A stretch of 24,000 nucleotides of DNA from Azoarcus sp. DD4 (lineage in GTDB: Bacteria > Pseudomonadota > Gammaproteobacteria > Burkholderiales > Rhodocyclaceae): the NCBI RefSeq assembly GCF_006496635.1, contig NZ_CP022958.1, forward strand, positions 2,342,700 through 2,366,699, in the 5' to 3' direction. The notes below the pieces were generated by a model. The model was not told the DNA's origin. It did no database searches and saw only the letters and a program-made list of their open reading frames with translations. The position numbers and the translations under genes were made by a program. Positions 16,270 through 23,977 of this stretch are shown one piece after another. How positions within the stretch are numbered: position 1 is the first letter of the stretch; each line of letters starts with the position of its first letter.

Positions 16270-16456
16270 GGGGGGCGCGGGGGGCCGCTGTGCTGTGTGC
16301 GTGCCGTTCCCGTGTGGCTACCGGTACGCACTCGTGGCATCGGGTTGGGGCCCCACGTTATTGCTGAGAGGCGGCGGCGTTCGGCCTGGAAGGCGCCGCG
16401 CCGTAGAGACGGCCCTGGAATTTTTCACGTTCCGGGGGCATGAGGAGGACGAAAAG

Positions 16457-16861
16457 ATGCCGAAGCTGGCTGGGTGGATCGCTCGCAGGGGAATCGCGTT
16501 CGGTTTGGCCGTGTTCTGTGCGGGGATGCTGCCGCTCGACGCCAGCGCCCACGCCCGCCTGGTGAAAGCGGAGCCGGCGCGGCGGGCGGAGCTGTCGGAA
16601 GCGCCGGGCATGATCAGAGTGTGGTTCAACGAGGAACTCGAGGCCGCATATGCCAAGCTCGTGGTCGAAGAGGCGTCAGGGCGGGCGGTGACCGAGTCGA
16701 AGCCGCAATTGGCCCCCGACGACGCGAAGTCCCTGATCCTTCCGTTGCCCGCTCTTGGGCCGGGAAAGTACCGCGTGAGATTTCGGGTTCTTTCAGTGGA
16801 CGGCCACGTCGTCGAGTCCGCTTATGACTTCACTGTGAAAGGGGGAGTTTCGACTCGATGA
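16457..16861 (+). CDS. copC: periplasmic copper-binding protein CopC (Cu(II)-site-only type), 134 aa
   Basis: ORF 16121..16861 trimmed to the ATG at 16457, which follows GAGGAGGA. The signal peptide ends ...LDASA, and the mature protein starts HARLVKAEPARRAELSEAPGMIRVWFNEELE. GKYRVRFRVLSVDGHVVES provides the D-x-H motif. There is no Met-rich Cu(I) loop. The stop overlaps the copD start (ATGA). Confidence 0.9.
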   Translation: MPKLAGWIARRGIAFGLAVFCAGMLPLDASAHARLVKAEPARRAELSEAPGMIRVWFNEELEAAYAKLVVEEASGRAVTESKPQLAPDDAKSLILPLPALGPGKYRVRFRVLSVDGHVVESAYDFTVKGGVSTR

Positions 16862-18876
16862 TTGAAGTGGTCGGTGCCGTCGCCCACTGGATACAGCTGG
16901 CAGCCAACATGGTGCTGGTTGGCAGCAGCTTCTTCCTCGGTTTCATAGGATATGACAACGAGAGGTGCACGAATCCTTGGCTGGGGCGGCTTGAGCGCGT
17001 TCTTCCGTGTCTCGGGGCTGTGGTCCTGCTTGGTCTGATCGGTGTCGTCTCGACCTCCACGGCGCGCATCACGGCCGACGTGACAGCCGCCTGGCAGCCG
17101 GACGCCTGGATCGGTGTGATGCGCGATACCCGGGTGGGGCAGGTGTGGGCAATCAGAGGGGGGCTGGCGCTGGTGGTGATGGTGGCCGCGGTTTATGTCC
17201 GGCGGGCACGGGCAAGGTCATGGAATTACTTCGCTTGTGGAGGATTGGCGGGCGTCGCGCTAGCTTTCAGTTCGTTCGCGGGCCATGCCGCAGCCGATGA
17301 CTCACCGTGGTTGACGATCCCCCCTCACACACTGCACCTCCTTGCGGCGAGTCTCTGGTTCGGTAGCTTGCCGGCGTTTCTCGCGTCTGCGTCGGGGGGC
17401 GCCGGTGCCGCGGAGGCGGAGAAGTGCTTTTCCATTCGCGCGCTCAACCGCTTTTCCATGGTCGCGTTGCCGATCATGATCGTCGTCGTCGTCAGCGGCA
17501 TTGTCGTTGCCTACTATCAGGTCGCGCCCGCCTTCGGAGGGCTGGTAGCGACGAGGTACGGATGGCTTCTCCATGGAAAGCTCGCCTTGCTGATCGCTAT
17601 TCTCGCCATTGCAGCGCGAGCTCGATTTCGATGGCTACCTGGGCTCTCCGGCAATTGCGAAATCGAGGAGGCGCAATGTGCGCGACGCCTGCGCACCTGG
17701 GTAGGCGTTGAAGTCGGGTGCGCGACCCTTCTGCTACTTGTCGCGAGCGTGCTGGCGGCCACGGTGCCGGCCAAGCACGAGGGCATCGACGCATGGCCGT
17801 ATCCTTTTCGTTTCTCCATCGCCGCCACCTGGGACGAGCCGGGTACGCGGACCCTCGTGCTCGTCGGCGGCGCGTTGCTGATCGCCGGTGGAGTGGCTGC
17901 GCTGGTCGGGCGGCGCCAGCGGTGGAGGCGTTCAGCCGTTGTCGGCGCCGCCGTCGCCTTCGTACTGCCCGGGACAGCATTGCCGCTCTACGCGATCGCA
18001 ACCCCGGCCAGCGAGTATACCTACCGGCCCAGCACGGTTCCTTTCGACGCCATCTCGATTTCGCGGGGCAGCGCGCTGTTCGAAGCCAATTGTGAGCAAT
18101 GTCATGGCCCCCAAGGCATGGGGAATGGGCCACTGGCGAAATCGCTGCGCAAGCCGCCAATCGATCTTCTTACCGAACCGCATACCGCCAGGCACACTGC
18201 CGGAGATTTCTTCAACTGGATCACCACCGGCTTTCCCGACAGCGGAATGCCGGCATTCGGCGATCGGTTTTCGGAGGACGATCGGTGGGACCTGGTGAAT
18301 TTCATCCACGCGCTGTCGCGCGGCTACCAGAGCCGCCCCCTAGGTGCCGCCGTCATTCCGGACAAGCCTGCAGCGACGCTCGGCGCTCCCGATTTTTCGT
18401 TCGTGAGCTACAAGGGCGAACAAGGAACGCTGAAGGATCACCGCGAGCGCGAGGCTGTCCTGCTGGTGTTTTTCTCCTGGCCGGAATCCAAGGACCGGCT
18501 GGACCAATTGGCCGCCACATACCGGTCGATCCGGGCACGAAGTGCTCAAGTCATCGCTGTTCCGTGGAAGGGCGCGGCCTCTGCCGTTGATCAATTGGCC
18601 GGTTATCCATACCCGATTGTGGCCGATGGCGCGCGGGGAATCGGGCGAACCTACGAGGCGTTCAGGCGAACTCTATCGGACCCGGACCTGTTCGGCAGGG
18701 GCAAGCGACCCGGTCATATGGAACTTCTCGTCGACCGCTTCGGTTACCTGCGTGCGCGCTGGATTCCGGATCAAGACGTTCGAGGTTGGAGAGACGGAGC
18801 GATGCTGGCTGAACAACTGGAACGCTTGCGCGCGGAAAGACAGATCCTGCCGCCGGCGGAGGAACACGTCCACTAG
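16858..18876 (+). CDS. copD: CopD-family inner-membrane copper transporter fused to a mono-haem c-type cytochrome domain and a C-terminal Cys-less thioredoxin/AhpC-TSA-fold domain, 672 aa
   Basis: The N-terminal 300 aa or so are polytopic and CopD-like, and translationally coupled to copC. Further TM helices follow. Then comes FEANCEQCHGPQGMGNGPLA (CxxCH, aa 412-416, nt 18091-18105) with downstream SGMPAFG and DRWDLVNFIHAL, typical of class I cytochrome c. The last 170 aa or so resemble redoxins (FSFVSYKGEQGTLKDHREREAVLLVFFSWPESKD...VIAV...YPIVAD...YEAF) but contain no cysteine. Confidence 0.85.
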   Translation: MIEVVGAVAHWIQLAANMVLVGSSFFLGFIGYDNERCTNPWLGRLERVLPCLGAVVLLGLIGVVSTSTARITADVTAAWQPDAWIGVMRDTRVGQVWAIRGGLALVVMVAAVYVRRARARSWNYFACGGLAGVALAFSSFAGHAAADDSPWLTIPPHTLHLLAASLWFGSLPAFLASASGGAGAAEAEKCFSIRALNRFSMVALPIMIVVVVSGIVVAYYQVAPAFGGLVATRYGWLLHGKLALLIAILAIAARARFRWLPGLSGNCEIEEAQCARRLRTWVGVEVGCATLLLLVASVLAATVPAKHEGIDAWPYPFRFSIAATWDEPGTRTLVLVGGALLIAGGVAALVGRRQRWRRSAVVGAAVAFVLPGTALPLYAIATPASEYTYRPSTVPFDAISISRGSALFEANCEQCHGPQGMGNGPLAKSLRKPPIDLLTEPHTARHTAGDFFNWITTGFPDSGMPAFGDRFSEDDRWDLVNFIHALSRGYQSRPLGAAVIPDKPAATLGAPDFSFVSYKGEQGTLKDHREREAVLLVFFSWPESKDRLDQLAATYRSIRARSAQVIAVPWKGAASAVDQLAGYPYPIVADGARGIGRTYEAFRRTLSDPDLFGRGKRPGHMELLVDRFGYLRARWIPDQDVRGWRDGAMLAEQLERLRAERQILPPAEEHVH

Positions 18877-18955
18877 GACACTTGGACGCAACCTGAGGAG
18901 CTCAAGCCTCTGCTCTGTAAACAGAGGCTACCTATCAAATGGGAGGATGGTAATC

Positions 18956-19429
18956 ATGAAGAGACTTTCCCTTGTCGCACTGCTTGCAGCGGTGCTTGCC
19001 GCATCCGTACCGGCGGCTGCGCATACCGATGAGTATCTAGAGGCGGTGAAGGCGCCTCACGGCGGGCGGTTGCGGATGTCGGGCCCATATCACCTTGAAC
19101 TGGTGGTTAAGGACCGCGACATCCTCGTGTATGTCACGGATCATGGCGACAAGGAGATCGCTACGGCGGGAGGTGAGGGCAAGGTCGTCTTGCAGCGTGG
19201 ATCGAGCAGGGTGTCCGTGCGGCTGGAGCCGTCAGGAGGCAACGTCCTGAGAGGGAAGAGCGAATCTGGGATTACTCCGAGCACGAGCGCGGTTGTCTTT
19301 GTGAAGCTGCCTGGGCAGGACGCCTACTCGGCGCGCTATCCTGCACCAAAGCCTGTAGATCCCCAGCCGGCCGCGCATCGCGGAGGGGCTGCCAGCCAGC
19401 ACGACGGGCATCACATGATGCATCACTAG
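18956..19429 (+). CDS. small secreted His/Met-rich protein, putative periplasmic metal (copper) binding, 157 aa
   Basis: ORF 18542..19429 trimmed to the ATG at 18956, which follows GGGAGGA. The signal peptide MKRLSLVALLAAVLAASVPAAA is followed by the mature N-terminus HTDEY. Other features are HGGRLRMSGPYHLELVVKDRDILVYVTDHGDKE and the C-terminus QHDGHHMMHH. I cannot name a family. Confidence 0.7.
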   Translation: MKRLSLVALLAAVLAASVPAAAHTDEYLEAVKAPHGGRLRMSGPYHLELVVKDRDILVYVTDHGDKEIATAGGEGKVVLQRGSSRVSVRLEPSGGNVLRGKSESGITPSTSAVVFVKLPGQDAYSARYPAPKPVDPQPAAHRGGAASQHDGHHMMHH

Positions 19430-19751
19430 GCACACGGCTGTCTCTTCGGAGACGCGGGGCGCTTGGATGGCCACTCTTCCCGCGGACGTCGTCGTCGCGT
19501 ATTGAGGAATACCGTTCGCCGTCGCCCCGGCGGCGGGCGGTTTCGCGATCCAGGTTGGGGCTCAAGTGGCGCCCAAAATGAACGTAGTCGTCTCGGTTTT
19601 CCCTTGGTCGATGACGCAGCGAAAAGGCTAAAGCGTACATGCAGCGGATTGTGGCGCTGCCCGACAATTTGCGGTCGTACTTCAGCCATGAGGCGGTCCG
19701 CCAGGCGCAGTAGAGAATCTTTTTGGCTGGCTGATTTTAGTTGAACCCGAC

Positions 19752-20216
19752 GTGATCCGAATCAAGTTCCTCCGCAGGCTCACCGCCTGGATTGCCAGCT
19801 ACGCGATCCTGCTGGGCGCGCTCGCACCGGCCGTGACCCAAACCTTGGCGTGGTTGGAACGCGGGAGTGCAGACAAAGCCACATCGTTGGAGGTTTCGGC
19901 GGCCGCCGACATCCTCACGTCCGTGGGGGCAGAGGAGGACGGCCATGAGGCCTGCGAGTCCCACGAAGGCCACGCGGGTCACCAGGACCAGGGCCTCGAG
20001 GGTCATGAAGGGGGCGGTCACGAGGCCGCGGGCAGCGGGCATTGTCCCTTCTGCGGCACCCACGCCGGTTCCTTTGGCCTGCCGCCCACCGAACGGCCTG
20101 CGGCGGCGCAGCCCGCCGGGACGCATGCTTTCCGTCCCCATCTCTACGATCACGCCCCGCGTCCGCTCTTCGCCTGGGCGGCCGCCCATCCTCGCGCACC
20201 GCCTGTCCGCGCCTGA
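19752..20216 (+). CDS. DUF2946-like protein (N-terminal TM/signal anchor, His/Glu-rich linker, HCPFC motif), 154 aa
   Basis: GTG start. MIRIKFLRRLTAWIASYAILLGALAPAVTQTLAW, then EEDGHEACESHEGHAGHQDQGLEGHEGGGHEAAGSGHCPFCGTHAGSFGLPP. The architecture, the CPxC motif and the position just upstream of a TonB-dependent receptor are typical of DUF2946 as I recall it. Confidence 0.65.
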   Translation: MIRIKFLRRLTAWIASYAILLGALAPAVTQTLAWLERGSADKATSLEVSAAADILTSVGAEEDGHEACESHEGHAGHQDQGLEGHEGGGHEAAGSGHCPFCGTHAGSFGLPPTERPAAAQPAGTHAFRPHLYDHAPRPLFAWAAAHPRAPPVRA

Positions 20217-20392
20217 TCCCGATCGATGAGCCGGTATTCCCCTGCACGGTGGTCCGGCTCAATTTCAACCCGATCCGTTAGCCCCGACTGTTCCGTTGAA
20301 TCGTCGCCGTCCCGATGAGGCCGGCGGCTGCCGCGCGCTGCCAGCGCCGGCCGGGATCGGGGCTCCGGGATGTCTCGTCGTGGACCCGAAAT

Positions 20393-22675
20393 ATGAAGCT
20401 CAACTGCAAACCCCTCGTGCTCGCGGTCCTGGGGGCCCTTTCCTCCGGGGCGCTCGCGGAGCAGACGTCAAATAAGGATGGCGATACCGCCATTCAACTC
20501 GACGAAGTCGTGATTACCGGCGGCGCGCCGTCGCCCCTGCCGCCCACGGTGCAGGCAGTGGTCGAGGGGGTGACGGCCGAGACCATGGCCGAGTCGATCA
20601 ACGTGGTGAACACCGAGGACGCGCTCAAGTACCTGCCCAGCCTGCAGATCCGCAAGCGCTTCATCGGCGACACCAACGGTATCGTGGCCTCCCGTTCGTC
20701 GGGCACGCTCGCCAGCGCGCGCGCCCTCGTCTATGCCGACGGCCTGCTGCTCTCGAACCTGCTCGGCAACTCCTTTGCCTATCCGCCGCGCTGGGGCCTG
20801 GTGACCGCCGAGGAGATCGCCCGCATCGACGTCCTCTATGGGCCGTTTTCCGCGCTTTATCCGGGCAATTCGATGGGTGCGCTGATCCACATGACGACGC
20901 GGATGCCCGACAAGCTGGAGGCGCACGTCAAGGCGCAAGCCTTTACGCAGGACTTCCGTCTCTACGGCACCGACGAGTCCTTCTCCGGCCATCAGCTGGC
21001 CGCCGCGTTGGGTAGCCGCAGCGGGGCGTGGTCGTGGTGGTTCAACGCCAGCCGCTTGGACAGCGAGGGCCAGCCGATGGGCTTCGTCACCAGGCCCGCC
21101 TCGTCCACGCCGGCCGAGGCCGGCGACACTGTGGCGACGGGGGCGCGGCATGACCGCGATCCGCGCGGCAGCAAGCGCGTGGTGCTGGGCGCCACGGGCA
21201 TGGCGCATACCGTGCAGGATCATGCCAAGCTGAAGCTCGCCTACGACTTCTCCCCGGCGGTGCGCGCCACCTACACCGTCGGCCTGTGGCAGAACGACGC
21301 CGACAACGGCGTCGCCTCCTACCTGCGAGATGGGGCCGGGCGGGCGGTCTACAGCGGCACGGTGAATGTTGACGGCCGGCGTTATACGCTCGCCGCAACC
21401 GACTTCAGCCCTAGCCGCGCCGAGGCCGAGCACTGGATGCATGGTCTCGCGCTGAAGACGAGCACCGGCGGCGAGTGGGACGGCGAGGCGGTGGTTAGCG
21501 TGTACGACTACGGCAAGGATCTGCTGCGCTCCCCGGGCGCTGCGCTGCCGGCCGCCGGACGGGGCGGCAGCGGCCAGATCGCCGACCTCGAGGGCACCGG
21601 CTGGACCGCCGTCGACCTGCGGGGCGTCTGGCGTGCGGCCGGCGCCCACGAGCTCTCCTTCGGCTACCACGGCGACCACTACAAGCTGCGCACCCTCGTT
21701 TCCAATACCTCCGACTGGATCGACGGCGGCGCCCGAAGCCGCAAGTCGGCCTTCACCGGGGACACCGAGACCACCGCCCTTTACCTGCAGGAGGTGTGGC
21801 GCTTCGCGCCCGCCTGGAGCGCCACCCTGGGTGGCCGCTGGGAGCGCTGGGAGGCGCACGACGGCTCGATCTCGAACGCGACCACGACGCTGCGCTTCGG
21901 CGAGCGCGAGGAACACTTCTTCTCGCCCAAGCTGGCGCTTGCTTACCGCCCGGCGCCGGAATGGATGCTGCGCGCCGCCCTCGCTCGCGCCTACCGCATG
22001 CCTACCGTGGCGGAGCTCTACCAGGGCTCGATCAGCGCCAACACCATCGTGCGGAACGATCCCGGCCTCAAGCCGGAGAAGGCTCTCGCCGCCGAGCTCA
22101 CCGCCGAGCGCGACCTCGGCAACGGCCTCGTGCGCCTCTCCCTGTTCGAGGAGGACGCCGAGGACGCGCTGTTTTCCCAGACCGACGTCACCGTCACGCC
22201 TAACGTCACCAACATCCAGAACATCGACAAGATCCGCACCCGCGGCGTCGAACTCGCGTACCAGGGGGTGGATGTTGGGCTGCGCGGACTGGATCTCGCT
22301 GCGAGCCTGACCTACGCCGACTCGGAGATCCTCGCCAACCGCCGCAACCCGGCGAGCGTCGGCAAGAAGCAGCCGCGCGTGCCCGACTGGCGGGCGGTGC
22401 TGTCGGCCACCTATCGCCAGAGCGAGCGCCTCGCCTACGCCCTCGGCGTCCGCTACAGCGGCCGTCAGTACGGCGAACTCGACAACGGCGACGTCAATGG
22501 CGACACTTACGGCGGCGTGGGGCGCTTCTTCGTCGTCGATGCGCGCGTCAGCTACAAGCTCGCCCGCCAGTGGACCGCGGCGCTCGGCGTCGACAACCTC
22601 AACGATCAGAAGCACTTCGTGTACCACCCCTATCCGCAGCGCACCTGGGTGGCCGAGCTGAAGGCCGATTTCTGA
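20393..22675 (+). CDS. TonB-dependent outer-membrane receptor (possibly a copper/chalkophore-type transporter), about 760 aa
   Basis: ORF 20315..22675 trimmed to MKLNCKPLVLAVLGALSSGALA-EQ. TonB-box-like IQLDEVVITG. Plug-domain blocks NTEDALKYLPSLQIR, GIVASRSSG and ARIDVLYGPFSALYPGNSMGALIHMTT. A long beta-barrel ends ...TWVAELKADF (terminal Phe). The antisense ORF 20468..22735 is an artefact. Confidence 0.9.
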   Translation: MKLNCKPLVLAVLGALSSGALAEQTSNKDGDTAIQLDEVVITGGAPSPLPPTVQAVVEGVTAETMAESINVVNTEDALKYLPSLQIRKRFIGDTNGIVASRSSGTLASARALVYADGLLLSNLLGNSFAYPPRWGLVTAEEIARIDVLYGPFSALYPGNSMGALIHMTTRMPDKLEAHVKAQAFTQDFRLYGTDESFSGHQLAAALGSRSGAWSWWFNASRLDSEGQPMGFVTRPASSTPAEAGDTVATGARHDRDPRGSKRVVLGATGMAHTVQDHAKLKLAYDFSPAVRATYTVGLWQNDADNGVASYLRDGAGRAVYSGTVNVDGRRYTLAATDFSPSRAEAEHWMHGLALKTSTGGEWDGEAVVSVYDYGKDLLRSPGAALPAAGRGGSGQIADLEGTGWTAVDLRGVWRAAGAHELSFGYHGDHYKLRTLVSNTSDWIDGGARSRKSAFTGDTETTALYLQEVWRFAPAWSATLGGRWERWEAHDGSISNATTTLRFGEREEHFFSPKLALAYRPAPEWMLRAALARAYRMPTVAELYQGSISANTIVRNDPGLKPEKALAAELTAERDLGNGLVRLSLFEEDAEDALFSQTDVTVTPNVTNIQNIDKIRTRGVELAYQGVDVGLRGLDLAASLTYADSEILANRRNPASVGKKQPRVPDWRAVLSATYRQSERLAYALGVRYSGRQYGELDNGDVNGDTYGGVGRFFVVDARVSYKLARQWTAALGVDNLNDQKHFVYHPYPQRTWVAELKADF

Positions 22676-22753
22676 TCGAGGCGGCGGGCCGCCGGCCCGC
22701 CATCCGCTCCTGCCCGGGTCGCGCGGCCCCGGCACCGACAGGGAACATCAACG

Positions 22754-23977
22754 ATGTCGAAAACTGGAAGCCCGACCGAGGATCGCGACGACCGCGGCCG
22801 CTGGGCTGCTCGTGCCGGGGCAGTCGTCCTCGCCTTCGCAGCGGTGGTGCACGCCGAGGCCGCACCGGGTACGGACGGACACGCGGGGACCGCTCACGCC
22901 GCTCGGGCGGAGCTCGGCGCGAGCGCCGCCTTCGCCCCGGACGGCACCCTCCACGCCGTGGTGAAGCGCGGCGGGCACATCCTCCTCTACCGCAGCTCCG
23001 ACGCGGGCCGCAGCTGGGACGCGCCGGCCACGGTGAATGCCACTCCCGAGCCGATCTCTGCCGACGGCGAGAACCGGCCCAAGATCGCCTTTGCCGCCGA
23101 CGGTGCGGCGTTGGTGTCATGGACGCGCCCGCTCGCCAAGCGCTTCAGCGGCGAGATCCGCCTTGCCCGCGGCGACGGGCGGGGCGGCTTCGCTGCGCCC
23201 ATCACCGTGCACCGCGATCGCCGCGAGATCACCCACCGCTTCGACAGCCTGCTGGTCGCCGGCGACGGCCGCGTGGTGGTGGCATGGATCGACAAGCGCG
23301 ACCTGGAGGCCGCTGGCGCGGTCGGCCGCGAATATCGCGGCGCCGCCCTCTACGCCGCGGTTTCCGACGACGGCGGCAAGAGCTTCCGGCCCGAGGTGAA
23401 GATCGCCGACCACTCCTGCGAGTGCTGCCGCATCGCCGTCGCGACGGACGCCGACGGCGCACCGCTCCTCCTCTGGCGCCACGTCTTCGCGCCCAACGAG
23501 CGCGACCACGCCCTCGCCCGCCTCGCCGCCGACGGCGCGCCGCTCGCCGTGGAGCGCGCCACCTTCGACCGCTGGCGCGTCGACGCCTGCCCCCACCACG
23601 GGCCTGCGCTCGCCGTGGCTGCCGATGGCACGCGCCATGCGGTGTGGTTCAACGAGCGGGACGGCGAGGGCCGCGTGTTCTACGGCCGGCTGCGTAACGG
23701 AACGGTGGAGGGGCAGCGCCCGCTAGGTGGCGAGCGCGCGGCCCATGCCGACGTCGCCGCTGCCGGTGGCCGGGTAGCGCTGGTGTGGAAGGAGTTCGAC
23801 GGCGAGCGCACGCGCCTCTACGCCGAGCTCTCCGCGGACGGCGGTGGGAGCTTCCGCCGCACTGAGCTGGCGGCCACCACCGGCGCTTCCGATCAGCCGC
23901 GCATCCTCAGGCGCGGCGACGACTTCTTCGCCTTCTGGCATACGGCGGGCGAAGGCCTGCGGGGGTACGCGTTGTAA
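22754..23977 (+). CDS. secreted BNR/Asp-box repeat (sialidase-like beta-propeller) protein with Cys/His clusters, 407 aa
   Basis: Asp-box motifs SSDAGRSW, SDDGGKSF and SADGGGSF are spaced as propeller blades. The signal-like N-terminus is AGAVVLAFAAVVHA. Unusual clusters are ADHSCECCR and DACPHHGP. Confidence 0.7.
   Translation: MSKTGSPTEDRDDRGRWAARAGAVVLAFAAVVHAEAAPGTDGHAGTAHAARAELGASAAFAPDGTLHAVVKRGGHILLYRSSDAGRSWDAPATVNATPEPISADGENRPKIAFAADGAALVSWTRPLAKRFSGEIRLARGDGRGGFAAPITVHRDRREITHRFDSLLVAGDGRVVVAWIDKRDLEAAGAVGREYRGAALYAAVSDDGGKSFRPEVKIADHSCECCRIAVATDADGAPLLLWRHVFAPNERDHALARLAADGAPLAVERATFDRWRVDACPHHGPALAVAADGTRHAVWFNERDGEGRVFYGRLRNGTVEGQRPLGGERAAHADVAAAGGRVALVWKEFDGERTRLYAELSADGGGSFRRTELAATTGASDQPRILRRGDDFFAFWHTAGEGLRGYAL

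Noticed and set aside
19430-19751. Possible small peptide (methanobactin-precursor-like) or sRNA gene in the 322-bp spacer before the DUF2946 gene
   Set aside because: The ORFs there (for example 19463..19744) are Arg-rich and lack a Cys-containing core peptide or leader. No mbnB/mbnC-like genes are in the window. Nothing supports a RiPP locus.
22683-22701. GGCGGGCC-gcc-GGCCCGCC hairpin after the TonB-dependent receptor gene as a terminator
   Set aside because: It has an 8-bp stem but only a 3-nt loop and no U-tract. The next co-oriented gene starts 53 nt later. It is more likely a GC-rich coincidence or a minor structure.
20468-22735. 755-aa ORF on the minus strand, the longest in that region
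   Set aside because: It is exactly antisense to the TonB-dependent receptor gene. Its product is Arg/Gly/Ala/Pro-rich low-complexity sequence with no motifs, which is the typical high-GC shadow ORF. The same reasoning applies to 6800..7873(-) opposite the IS630 transposase, 9639..10892(-) opposite the FadL-like gene, 82..522(+) opposite prpE, 3811..4671(+) opposite the acyl-CoA synthetase and 11077..12159(-) opposite amoC.
22570-23697. 375-aa + strand ORF extremely rich in Arg/Pro/Gly
   Set aside because: It is an off-frame overlap with the end of the TBDR gene and with the BNR-propeller gene. Its composition (poly-R/P/G) is not protein-like. The BNR frame (22754..23977) has clear Asp-box motifs.
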